Source: an uncultured Elusimicrobia bacterium
Lineage (GTDB): Bacteria; Elusimicrobiota; Elusimicrobia; UBA1565
Assembly: GCA_964455765.1 (NCBI GenBank)
Contig: CAYWAR010000001.1
Location: forward strand, 1-38,085
Direction: 5' to 3'
Length of the DNA: 38,085 nucleotides
Part shown: piece by piece, positions 24,544 through 33,203 of the stretch
How the letters are laid out: every line of letters starts with the position of its first letter
Numbering within the stretch: position 1 is the stretch's first letter
Notes under the pieces: generated by a model
Database searches by the model: none
What the model was told of the DNA's origin: nothing
What the model saw: only the letters and a program-made list of their open reading frames with translations
Position numbers and translations under genes: made by a program

Positions 24544-25518
24544 ATGGTATCCGCTGTCCTGACCAACTACAACTGTTCCCGCTTCCTGCCCGAGGCCGTG
24601 CGCTCCGTTTTGGCGCAGACGGCCGACGCCGGGGAGGTCCTCGTGGCCGACGACGGCTCCACCGACGGCTCGCGCGAGAGCGTCGCCGGCTTCGGGGCCG
24701 CCGTCGAATGGCTCCCTCTCCCCCACCGGGGCCAGGCCGCGGCCCTCGAGGACGCGATCAAGGCCTGCCGCGGAGAGTGGATCGCCTTCCTGGAGACCGA
24801 CGACGTCTGGGACGAGGGCAAGCTCGAGGCGGTGCTCGACTGCATCGGCAAGGAGCCGGGCTTGGCCGCGGTCCAGCATTTCATGCGCCAGACGGACGCC
24901 CGGCTCAGGCCCCTGCCCACGCGTTTTCCCGGTCCGTCTCGAACATGGACGCTCGCGGATTTCCTCGAGGGCCGCACCTGCCTATGCGGCATGAGCGCCC
25001 TCGTAGCGCGCAGGGACGTCCTGCTCTCCCTCCTGCCCCTGCCCAAGGACCTGACCACCTGCGTTGACGAGTATCTTCAGCCCAGGCTCCTGGCCGCCGG
25101 CCCGATGCGCCACCTGGCCCGGCCCTTGGGCGGACGCCGCCTGCACGGAGGGAATTTCTACGGCGGCCTGCGCCGCGACCCCGAGAGGCTGGAGCGCTAC
25201 CTCGGCCTCAGGGTCACGCTCGACGCCCACCTGGAGGGTTTCCTCGCCGGGCGCGGGCTCCGGCTCTCGTCGGAGCGCGAGCGCCGGGACACGGAGCATC
25301 GGCTCGAGCTCGAGTTCTTCCTCCACCGCGCCCGGGGGGAGTGGGCGAAGGCCCTCGCGGCCGCCCGGCGCCTGAGCGCCCTCCAAGGTTGGACCCCCCG
25401 CCTGATGCTTAAGGCGGCGTCCCTGGCCCTGGCCCTGGCCTCCCCCGGCTTCTATTGGCGCGTGCGCGAGGCGTATGAGGGGATCGTCGCGTCCGGGTTC
25501 GCGGGAGGGAGAGGATGA
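24544..25518 (+). CDS. GT2-family glycosyltransferase
   Basis: Starts at ATG 24544 (MVSAVLTNYNCSRFLPEAV). Motifs are VADDGSTDGS and ETDDVW (DxD-type). The 5' part of track ORF 24055..25518 is antisense to wzx and was rejected. Confidence 0.8.
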   Translation: MVSAVLTNYNCSRFLPEAVRSVLAQTADAGEVLVADDGSTDGSRESVAGFGAAVEWLPLPHRGQAAALEDAIKACRGEWIAFLETDDVWDEGKLEAVLDCIGKEPGLAAVQHFMRQTDARLRPLPTRFPGPSRTWTLADFLEGRTCLCGMSALVARRDVLLSLLPLPKDLTTCVDEYLQPRLLAAGPMRHLARPLGGRRLHGGNFYGGLRRDPERLERYLGLRVTLDAHLEGFLAGRGLRLSSERERRDTEHRLELEFFLHRARGEWAKALAAARRLSALQGWTPRLMLKAASLALALASPGFYWRVREAYEGIVASGFAGGRG

Positions 25519-26513
25519 GCGGTGTTTGCCCGGCCTGCCGGGAAGAGATGACTCCCTCCGCGGTGGAGGTCCATCGGGACAGGATACAGGGGAAGGAATA
25601 CCGCCTCTATCTCTGCGCGGTCTGCGGCACGGGCTTCTCCGAGCCCAAGGAACCGGTGGGCTCGGACTGGTACGGCCGCGCGCACATGGGGGAGGCGGAG
25701 GTGCAGAAGGCCGATTGGCGCTACGCGGCCTTCCTCGACGCCGGGCTCCTCCCCGGCACGCTCCTCGACGTCGGGTGCGGGGCCGGGACTTTCCTGCTCC
25801 TGGCCCGGGAGCGGGGCTGGAAGGTCTCGGGCCTGGACTTCAATGCGGAGCACATCCGCTCGGCGAAGGCGGCCGGGCTCGAGGACGTGGTCGCGCAGGA
25901 CTATCGCGACTACTTCAAGGCCCGCGCATCCTCCTACGACGCGGCGACCCTCTTCGACGTGCTCGAGCACGTGCCCGAGCCCGCGGACATGCTCGAGCGC
26001 TTGCGCGGCGTCTTGAAGCCGGGGGGACGGCTGGCCCTCACCCTCCCCGACGGGGAGAGGCCTCTTCCCTGGGCGGGCCTGCGCGAAGAGTGGGACTATC
26101 CTCCCTACCACTATACGCGCTGGACCGAGGCGAGCCTGAGGTCGGTGCTCGCGCGCGCGGGCTTCGAGGTGGAGGCCGCGCGCCACAGTCCCATCCATGC
26201 GGGGTTCTTCTCCGGCCTCCTCTATTATCGCCTGCTCAACCTCCTCTTCCCTCCGCTAAAACGCCTGCTCCTGGGCGTTCCAGCCTCCGACTCCCGGACC
26301 TGGACCGACATCCTCGCCTCCGGCTCCGCCGCGCCCCCCGGGGGGCTGCGCGGCGCCCTCACCAGGGGCGAACTGCGCCAATCCCTCACCAACGCGGGTC
26401 TGCGGGCCATGAACATCGCCGCGTGGCCCTTGGAGGCCCCGCTCGCGCTGGCCTTCAACCTCCTAGCCCCGCGCCGGGGCCGCACGCTCTTCCTCCTGGC
26501 CCGACGGCCGTGA
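25515..26513 (+). CDS. SAM-dependent methyltransferase with N-terminal zinc ribbon and hydrophobic C-terminal region
   Basis: 332 aa. The ATG overlaps the upstream stop (ATGA). The zinc ribbon is CPAC...CAVC. The SAM motif is LLDVGCGAGTF, followed by LKPGGRLALTLP. The C-terminus has hydrophobic stretches (FFSGLLYYRLLNLLF, AAWPLEAPLALAFNLL). Confidence 0.85.
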   Translation: MSGVCPACREEMTPSAVEVHRDRIQGKEYRLYLCAVCGTGFSEPKEPVGSDWYGRAHMGEAEVQKADWRYAAFLDAGLLPGTLLDVGCGAGTFLLLARERGWKVSGLDFNAEHIRSAKAAGLEDVVAQDYRDYFKARASSYDAATLFDVLEHVPEPADMLERLRGVLKPGGRLALTLPDGERPLPWAGLREEWDYPPYHYTRWTEASLRSVLARAGFEVEAARHSPIHAGFFSGLLYYRLLNLLFPPLKRLLLGVPASDSRTWTDILASGSAAPPGGLRGALTRGELRQSLTNAGLRAMNIAAWPLEAPLALAFNLLAPRRGRTLFLLARRP

Positions 26514-26515
26514 GA

Positions 26516-27646
26516 ATGGGGCGCAAGAAAGTCCTGCTGGTCTTCGGCACGCGGCCGGAGGCCATAAAGCAGGCGCCCGTGCTCTTCGCGCTCAAGGCGC
26601 GCGGCCTGCGCGCGGCCACCTGCGCGATATCCCAGCACGGCGGCATGCTGACCGACGCGCTCTCGAGCTTCGGCATCCGGCCGGACTATGACCTGGGCAT
26701 CATGCGCCCGGGGCAGCGTCCCCGGGACGTGCTCGCCCGCGCCTTGGCGGCCCTCGCTCCCGTCCTGCGCCGCGAAGCCCCGGACCTGGTGCTCGTCCAA
26801 GGAGACACCACCTCCGCCCTGGCCGCGGCGCTGGCTTCGCGCAACGCAGGCGTCGCGTGCGCCCATGTGGAGGCGGGCCTGCGCTCCGGCGACCCGAAGA
26901 ACCCCTATCCCGAGGAGATCAACCGTGTGCTCATCGATCGGTTGTGCGCCCTGCACTTCGCCCCGACCGCCTCGGCCCGCCGCAATCTCCGCAAGGAGGG
27001 TTTCGGCGGGAGCGTATTGACGACCGGGAACACGGTGGTCGATGCCCTCACGGCCGGTCTGCGGCGCGCGCGGAAGCCGGCGGGCTTGGAGGGCTTGGGC
27101 CCGAGGACGCGGCTCGTCCTGGTGACCCTGCATCGGCGCGAGAGCTTCGGCCCGACCCTGCGGCGCATCTTCGGCGCCCTGCGCGAGCTGGTCCGAAGGC
27201 ATGAGGATTGCCTCTGGGTCTATCCCATGCATCCCAATCCCGAGGTCCGTAGGCACGCCGCGTTGTTGCGCCATCCGCGCCTGCGGGTCCTGCCGCCTCT
27301 TCCCTACCCCGAGTTCCTCTGGCTCATGCGGCGGGCGAGCCTCATCCTCACCGATTCCGGCGGAGTTCAGGAGGAGGCCCCCTGCCTGGGAAAGCCGGTG
27401 CTCGTCCTGCGGCGCAAGACCGAGCGCCCGGAGCTGTTGAGGGCCGGCCGCGGCATCCTGGTCGGCACCGATCCCGGCCGCATCCTGCGCGAGGCGTCGC
27501 GCCTGCTCTTGGACCCGGGCGCGAGCCGCCGGATGGGAAGGGCGACGGCTCTCTTCGGGGACGGCAAGGCGGCGGAGCGCATCGCGGCGGGCGTGGCCTA
27601 TTTCTTCGGCCAAGGGCCGAGGCCGGGGGATTGGAAAGGCCCGTGA
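26516..27646 (+). CDS. wecB: UDP-N-acetylglucosamine 2-epimerase (non-hydrolysing)
   Basis: Starts at ATG 26516 (MGRKKVLLVFGTRPEAIKQAPV). Motifs are QGDTTS, HVEAGLRS, YPEEINR and LTDSGGVQEEAP. The upstream part of track ORF 25475..27646 is out-of-frame overlap with the MTase and was rejected. Confidence 0.9.
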   Translation: MGRKKVLLVFGTRPEAIKQAPVLFALKARGLRAATCAISQHGGMLTDALSSFGIRPDYDLGIMRPGQRPRDVLARALAALAPVLRREAPDLVLVQGDTTSALAAALASRNAGVACAHVEAGLRSGDPKNPYPEEINRVLIDRLCALHFAPTASARRNLRKEGFGGSVLTTGNTVVDALTAGLRRARKPAGLEGLGPRTRLVLVTLHRRESFGPTLRRIFGALRELVRRHEDCLWVYPMHPNPEVRRHAALLRHPRLRVLPPLPYPEFLWLMRRASLILTDSGGVQEEAPCLGKPVLVLRRKTERPELLRAGRGILVGTDPGRILREASRLLLDPGASRRMGRATALFGDGKAAERIAAGVAYFFGQGPRPGDWKGP

Positions 27647-27701
27647 GATAGGTCGACTCAAGGCCATCCTCTTCAGTCCGTGGTCCTTCTATAAGAAGAT
27701 A

Positions 27702-27707
27702 TAGAAT
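27702..27707 (+). promoter_or_regulatory. -10-like hexamer TAGAAT, 6 nt upstream of ATG 27714 (leaderless candidate)
   Basis: Read directly as gataTAGAATacggccATG. Confidence 0.45.
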
Positions 27708-27713
27708 ACGGCC

Positions 27714-29219
27714 ATGTTTGGTTCGACGTGGGGGATGCGCCCGGCCGCAGCCTGCGCTCTCGTGCTCGGCGGAACCCTGCTGTCGGTCAGGGTCTGGTCC
27801 GCCTTCAAAAGCAATGTCCTGCCTCTAGACGACCAGGGCGCCAACCTCGCGCTGTCTATCCAGCTGATGGAGGCGGGCGGCTTTCCCGGGTTCTTGACCG
27901 GCTGCTGGACGGGGACCTATCAGGAAGCCCGGCGGCATCCCCTACTGCCTATGCTGCTGAGCTCATGGGCCGTTCGCGACTCCGCTTTTTTCGACCGGGC
28001 ATGCGTTGTGATGCTCTTCCTGTCCGCGCTGGCGTGGATCGCGTTCTTCCTGTTAATCGCCCGGCTCCATGACCATCTGGAGGCGTTCGTCTCCCTCGGA
28101 TGGATATCGGTCCTTGCCGCGCCGCCGCTATACGCCAGTCGCATAGGTCCGGAAGCCTTGCTGGCTCCGCTCAGTGGAGCCGCGTGGGTCCTTTCATCGA
28201 GCGCGCAACCGGCGGCCGGCTATGCCGCCGGGGCATGTCTGGGGCTTGGCTACTTGCTCAAGGGAACGGGGTTGCTTTTCGCCCTCGCCTGCCTGTTTGG
28301 AGCTTGGTTGGGAAGCCGGGACTCTAGTCAGGCACTGCGGATTGTGGGTAGCTTTCTTTTTATTTCCAGCCCGCTCCTTGTCAGGAATGCGATCGTATAC
28401 CACTCTCCTTTTTACAACGAGTTCACTCAGCATGCGATGTGGCTGGATTCGTGGTGGGCCTATTGGCCATTGGAATGGCTGGGCACTCTCCATACCATCG
28501 GACCCGGCACCTATGCAGCCGAGCATACCGCGGTCCAGGCCGCAGCTCGCTGGCTGTTGGGTTTGGCGGAGTTCAGCCGGGTGTCGGCCAGCGCCTGCTC
28601 GCCCTGGGGGCCCCCCGGCTGGGCGTTATTCCTCCCTATGGCCGCCTGGGGCCTATGGAAGGATCGCAATCCGGCTCTCCAAGGCGCCGCGATTTCCATA
28701 CTTATAGGGTTTCTGGCGATTTTCCCATGGTATGCCCCGATTGGGGTATACGAGCGGTTCGTTCTGCCCGTGCTTCCCCTGTTGGCCGTCTACGCGGGCC
28801 GGGCGACCCTGCGACTGGCGCGACACATGCCCACCGGAGTACAACTCGCTGCTCTTGCCCTGGCGGCTTGCTTGAGTGCGATGATCGCCGTGACCACCAT
28901 CCGGGAGCAGACTGTTCCCGCCTGGGATCTTCACCATCCCGATATTCAGAATGCCGTCGATTGGATGAACGGCCGTTTCGACGCGAGCACGCGGCTGGTC
29001 CTGGATGCCGACGATTTCTTCACCTGGATGCTTCGCCCCACCAAGCTTGTCGCCAGCCTGCCTCTGCAGCCGGAGCGCGTATGGCGGTTTGCCGAGTGGG
29101 GCGCAGCGGATTACGTGGTATCATTCCGGAGCCTAGGAGAGTCCAAGCGCTATCGGGCAGCCTTCTCCAACGACCTCCTCACCATCTATTCGCGCCTTCC
29201 CGACCGCGCTAAACCCTGA
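27714..29219 (+). CDS. GT-C fold (ArnT/PMT-like) membrane glycosyltransferase
   Basis: 501 aa, polytopic. It has an acidic first loop (LPLDDQGANLA) and a soluble C-terminal ~100 aa. The G+C is visibly lower than in the flanking sequence. Confidence 0.7.
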   Translation: MFGSTWGMRPAAACALVLGGTLLSVRVWSAFKSNVLPLDDQGANLALSIQLMEAGGFPGFLTGCWTGTYQEARRHPLLPMLLSSWAVRDSAFFDRACVVMLFLSALAWIAFFLLIARLHDHLEAFVSLGWISVLAAPPLYASRIGPEALLAPLSGAAWVLSSSAQPAAGYAAGACLGLGYLLKGTGLLFALACLFGAWLGSRDSSQALRIVGSFLFISSPLLVRNAIVYHSPFYNEFTQHAMWLDSWWAYWPLEWLGTLHTIGPGTYAAEHTAVQAAARWLLGLAEFSRVSASACSPWGPPGWALFLPMAAWGLWKDRNPALQGAAISILIGFLAIFPWYAPIGVYERFVLPVLPLLAVYAGRATLRLARHMPTGVQLAALALAACLSAMIAVTTIREQTVPAWDLHHPDIQNAVDWMNGRFDASTRLVLDADDFFTWMLRPTKLVASLPLQPERVWRFAEWGAADYVVSFRSLGESKRYRAAFSNDLLTIYSRLPDRAKP

Positions 29220-31050
29220 AGACCCATATGCCGGTCTCGTCCTCCAGAAGCGGGGGACCCAGCGCGTCCCTCAGCAGGCGGGCATAATCATCCCGGATCC
29301 CCTCGGAAAAAAAATCCTCCCGGGAGTGGAATAGGACATAGCGGATGCCGTTTCTGCGCAGGATGCCGCGGCCCATTTGGAGAATCCTGTTTCTGCGGCC
29401 GACGAGCTCCGGTCTCGCGTAGAGGATCGAAATGACGTGAGGGTGGGTGAGTTCGTAGACAAATTCCGTGCTCTCGCAGAAGAATAATGAAGACGCCGTA
29501 TGGCGCGGCGGCCGCCCCAACACAAGAGGCCTATGGTGCCTCGGCTGGTAGAGCATGTATTCCTGGACGTTGACGGTGATGTCGCCATGGTTGTAAATGG
29601 CGGCGGGCAGCTCTAGAACGGCGCCGGGCGAGGGGTCTTCGGATAGAAGCCTGTAGGCGGCGCCCCACTGAAGCGGAGTCAGGGACCGCCCGACGACGGA
29701 AAGACCCATCTCCCAGGAGTAGGTGCAGAGCAGCAAAACCAGAAGGGCCATCTTCCCATAGGGATTTCGCGCACGACGCGTCAGGTCGCTGAACGCCACC
29801 CCGGCGAGCATGGCGAGGGCTGCGAAGGCAAGTACGATAAGCCGGGAAGGCGCTCGCAGCAGGCCCAGATACGGAAGCACATGAAGGGCAAGGTAGGGAA
29901 GGGGAAGCGCGGTCGCCTCATACCGGAACTGAAGGAACGGCCCAAGGGACAAAACGACGCCGCCTACGAGCAGACCGCCCCATGCCCCCTGTCCGGCGAA
30001 AGCTCGCCGCCTCAAGCCCAGCGCCAGAAGCGCCAGGGAAGAGAAGCCGAAAAACCCCATGAGATTTTCCGACGAGGCCTTCAGGGCCATGGCCGGATTG
30101 CCGGAAAATCCCGGATGGCTCAACAGTCCCTGGTCCATCATGCCGGCGGAGGTCCAACTCCTGAGTCCCTGGATGAAGCTGGAGGGATGCCAGAAGGGAA
30201 AGTCCAGGAAAGAAAGAAGACTCAAGGAGTATGGTTCGCTCCCCCCGAGCAGGCCATTGCCTAGGGTGAACAAGGGACGGTAGCAGACCAAGCCCGCGGC
30301 GCAGGCCGCCAGGAGTCCGCCGAAGAGTCCGATACGGAACGAGCGATCCTGGAGCCTGGCAAGCGCCTCGCGCCGCCGTATCGCCAGGAAGAGGGGGCAG
30401 CCCACCGCGAGCCAGGCGAACGCCAAGTACGGAGTGCTCAGGCAAGTTCCGATGCTGCCCGCCGCAAAGATCAGCGCGGACCTCGGACCCGGGTCCGCGT
30501 GCAGTCGGGCCAAGCCGAGGAGGGCGATGGGGAGGAAGAGATCGGCGCTCTCCCCGAGATGGCCGAGCAGGTGCTGGGTAATGCCGTAATGGGAGAACAT
30601 GAAAAGGTAGCCGGCCAGGAAGGAGCTTAGGGCGTCGCGAGTCTCATGGAATGCCAGCGCATACATCGCAATTCCCGAACCGACGTAGGCCGCAAGGTGC
30701 AGGACATTGTGGGCCGCGTAAGGATTCATGGAGGTCTGCAGCACCCAGCCGAGCGCCAGCACCATCGGTGAGTGCGGCAACACAGGCGTGCCCTGGGGAT
30801 GCATCAGGATCGTGGTGTAGCCGTGCAGGAAGGGGGAGTAGGCGGAGAAGCCGGATTTGTGCCACCACAGCTCCCAAAGGAACACGCCTCCCACTCTTGC
30901 GCCCGCTAAGACCTGCGAACTGATATCGAGGATCAAGTCCCGATGGAGCCAAGCTACGATTACGCTGTAAGCCCCCAAGGCGAGAAGAGGGTGAAGCCAG
31001 CGGGGCGAATGCGCGCCGCCTGAGCTGAAAATGCCCTGTTTGTCCGACAT
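29209..31050 (-). CDS. Large polytopic membrane protein with C-terminal extracytoplasmic domain, probable GT-C-like transferase
   Basis: ~613 aa from ATG 31050 (MSDKQGIFSS...), a start chosen because TACAAT lies 6 nt upstream. Alternative starts are 31056 (ATG) and 31086 (TTG). It has >12 TM helices followed by a ~150-aa soluble tail. I did not recognise a specific family. Confidence 0.65.
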   Translation of the reverse strand: MSDKQGIFSSGGAHSPRWLHPLLALGAYSVIVAWLHRDLILDISSQVLAGARVGGVFLWELWWHKSGFSAYSPFLHGYTTILMHPQGTPVLPHSPMVLALGWVLQTSMNPYAAHNVLHLAAYVGSGIAMYALAFHETRDALSSFLAGYLFMFSHYGITQHLLGHLGESADLFLPIALLGLARLHADPGPRSALIFAAGSIGTCLSTPYLAFAWLAVGCPLFLAIRRREALARLQDRSFRIGLFGGLLAACAAGLVCYRPLFTLGNGLLGGSEPYSLSLLSFLDFPFWHPSSFIQGLRSWTSAGMMDQGLLSHPGFSGNPAMALKASSENLMGFFGFSSLALLALGLRRRAFAGQGAWGGLLVGGVVLSLGPFLQFRYEATALPLPYLALHVLPYLGLLRAPSRLIVLAFAALAMLAGVAFSDLTRRARNPYGKMALLVLLLCTYSWEMGLSVVGRSLTPLQWGAAYRLLSEDPSPGAVLELPAAIYNHGDITVNVQEYMLYQPRHHRPLVLGRPPRHTASSLFFCESTEFVYELTHPHVISILYARPELVGRRNRILQMGRGILRRNGIRYVLFHSREDFFSEGIRDDYARLLRDALGPPLLEDETGIWVFRV

Positions 31051-31056
31051 GGGCAT

Positions 31057-31062
31057 ATTGTA
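31057..31062 (-). promoter_or_regulatory. -10-like hexamer TACAAT, 6 nt upstream of ATG 31050 (leaderless candidate)
   Basis: The minus strand reads GCAATGGCTACAATATGCCC-ATG. A possible -35 TTGGGT lies 18 nt upstream. Confidence 0.45.
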
Positions 31063-31228
31063 GCCATTGCGGACGCGAGCACCCAATGCGCTATTCGAAG
31101 AGTGTGAAGAGGAGCGCGGGCGAATTCATGTCGTCGTTAGGGTCGACCAGAGGATTTCTCCGGGGGAATGTGACGAAGCGGATGGGCGCGCTCGCGAGGG
31201 CCAGTGGCTCGACGAGAATGAGTCACTC

Positions 31229-33148
31229 CTAAAACCCCTTGAAGCCGGGTTCGTACTCCCTATGCCAGAGCTCGAGCATGAGCAGGGCCCAGAGCCTGTA
31301 GCCGTGGTCGCGGGTCCCGCGCTGATGCTGTTCCCAGATCGTCTTGAGCGCCGCGGGCTCGAAATAGCCGCGCCCCAGAGCTTCCGGCGAGAGGACGAGC
31401 TCTTCCCAATAGGACTTGAGCCGCCCCCGGAACCAGGGGCCCAAGGGGATGCCGAAGCCCATCTTGCCGCGCCGCCGTATGGAGGCGGGGAGCAGGTCCA
31501 GGAAGGCCTTCTTGAGTATCCACTTGTGGCCCTTGAGGCCCTTGAGCTTCCATTCCCCGGGCATGCGGAAGGCGAGCTCCATGAACTCGTGGTCGAGGAA
31601 GGGCGAGCGCGCTTCCAGGGAGTTGGCCATGGAGGCGATGTCCATCTTGGTCATGAGGCATTCGGGCAGATAGGTCGCGAAGTCCGCGTAGAGGAGGCGG
31701 TTGACGAAATCCTCGTCCTTGGCGCGCAGGAAGGCCGAATCCAGATAGCGCTCCGCGTCCGCCCTGTCCTTGCCGCGGTCCTCGCCGATCTCCCGGAGCA
31801 TGGCCGGGGTATAGAGCCCCTTCTTGTCCTCCTCCGAGAAGTAGCAGACCATCTTGAGGTGGCGCGCGGCCAGGTCCGTGAACACCGTGGAGCGCAGGAA
31901 GCGCTTGAGCTTCCAGAAGAAGGAGAAAGGCGCCTGGCGGTCGGGCAGGAGCTCGGAGGCGGAGCGCAGGGCCCGGCGCGCGGGAGCGGGCAGGGCGTCG
32001 AAATGGCGGGCCGCCTTCATGGCGAAGTAGCGCACATAGCCCGCGAAATTCTCGTCCCCCCCGTCGCCGTTGAGGGCCACGGTCACGAAGCGCCGCGTCT
32101 CCCGGGAGACATAGTAGGAAGGCAGGGCGCTCGCGTCCGCGTAGGGCTCGCCGTAGTGCCAGGCGAGCTTGGGGAGCACCTCGGCCATCTCGGCGGTGAC
32201 GATGAACTCGCGGTGGTCGCAGCCGTAGGCCTTGGCGACTTCGCGCGCGTAGGGCAGCTCGGAGAACTCCTCCTCCTCGAAGCCGATGGAGAAGGTCTTG
32301 ACCGGCTTCTCGGAGAGGCGGCTCATGAGCGCGACCACGATGGAGGAGTCCACCCCGCCGGAGAGGAAGGCGCCCAGGGGAACGTCGGAGATCATGCGCA
32401 GGCGCACGGCCTCGGTGAGCTTCTCGCGCAGGAGCGCCGAGGCCTCCTCGGGGTCGGAGGCCGAGGGCGGCTGTCCCAGGGGGAGGTCCCAGTAGCGCTC
32501 CACGCTCAAGCGGCCGCTCTCGAATGTCAGGAAGTGGCCGGGCGGGAGCTTGTGGATGCCCTTGTAGATGGAGAGGGGGCTCGGGATGTACTGCAGGGAG
32601 AGGAAGTAATCCACGGCCTTGCCGTTGACCGCGCGCTCCACCCCGGGCCAGACCAGGAGCGAGCGCAGTTCCGAGGCGAAGGCGAAGAAGCCGTTGCCCT
32701 GGGCGTAGACGAGCGGCTTCTTGCCGATGCGGTCCCGGGCCACGAAGAGGCGCTTCTTGCGGGAGTCCCAGAGGGCGAAGGCGAACATGCCCCGGAGCCT
32801 GCGCAGGCAGTCTTTCCCCTCCCGTTCGTAGAGGGCCAAGATGACCTCGGTGTCGGAATCGGTGCGCAAGGAGACGCCGTCCTTCTGGAGCGCGGAGCGA
32901 AGCTCCTGGAAGTTGTAGATCTCCCCGTTGAATACGAGGTGGAGGCTGCCGTCCCGGCTCGACATGGGCTGATGGCCGGTCTTGAGGTCGATGATGGCCA
33001 GGCGGCGCATGGCGATGCCGGCGTGTTCGTCGGCGAAGGAGCCCTCGTCGTCGGGCCCCCGGTGGGCGAGCAGGTCGTTGGCCTTCTTGAGGAGGGAGGG
33101 GTCCACCTTCCCCGGGTCGGTGTAGACCACGCCGCAGATCCCGCACAT
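31229..33148 (-). CDS. asnB: Asparagine synthase (glutamine-hydrolysing) family amidotransferase
   Basis: 639 aa from ATG 33148, which gives the obligatory N-terminal MCGICG (Ntn Cys). It has the PP-loop FLSGGVDSS. The 9 extra codons of the track ORF (33175) are unlikely. Confidence 0.9.
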   Translation of the reverse strand: MCGICGVVYTDPGKVDPSLLKKANDLLAHRGPDDEGSFADEHAGIAMRRLAIIDLKTGHQPMSSRDGSLHLVFNGEIYNFQELRSALQKDGVSLRTDSDTEVILALYEREGKDCLRRLRGMFAFALWDSRKKRLFVARDRIGKKPLVYAQGNGFFAFASELRSLLVWPGVERAVNGKAVDYFLSLQYIPSPLSIYKGIHKLPPGHFLTFESGRLSVERYWDLPLGQPPSASDPEEASALLREKLTEAVRLRMISDVPLGAFLSGGVDSSIVVALMSRLSEKPVKTFSIGFEEEEFSELPYAREVAKAYGCDHREFIVTAEMAEVLPKLAWHYGEPYADASALPSYYVSRETRRFVTVALNGDGGDENFAGYVRYFAMKAARHFDALPAPARRALRSASELLPDRQAPFSFFWKLKRFLRSTVFTDLAARHLKMVCYFSEEDKKGLYTPAMLREIGEDRGKDRADAERYLDSAFLRAKDEDFVNRLLYADFATYLPECLMTKMDIASMANSLEARSPFLDHEFMELAFRMPGEWKLKGLKGHKWILKKAFLDLLPASIRRRGKMGFGIPLGPWFRGRLKSYWEELVLSPEALGRGYFEPAALKTIWEQHQRGTRDHGYRLWALLMLELWHREYEPGFKGF

Positions 33149-33155
33149 GGGCGCG

Positions 33156-33161
33156 ATTATA
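33156..33161 (-). promoter_or_regulatory. Consensus -10 TATAAT, 7 nt upstream of asnB ATG 33148 (leaderless candidate)
   Basis: The minus strand reads AACGCTATAATCGCGCCC-ATG. The -35 is weak. Confidence 0.5.
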
Positions 33162-33168
33162 GCGTTTA

Positions 33169-33197
33169 TTGACAAACTGGCGATCAGGGGCTACACT
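33169..33197 (+). promoter_or_regulatory. Sigma70 promoter TTGACA-17 nt-TACACT, 6 nt upstream of ATG 33204 (leaderless candidate)
   Basis: The consensus -35 is at 33169-33174, the spacer is exactly 17 nt, and the -10 is at 33192-33197. It lies back-to-back with the asnB -10, only 7 nt away. Confidence 0.55.
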
Positions 33198-33203
33198 TCG
33201 CTC

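Noticed and set aside
31087-31228. 142-nt non-coding spacer downstream of asnB, examined for a terminator, riboswitch or small ORF
   Set aside because: I found only short 3-4 bp stems, no U-tract and no conserved riboswitch motif that I could recognise by eye. Nothing is supportable.
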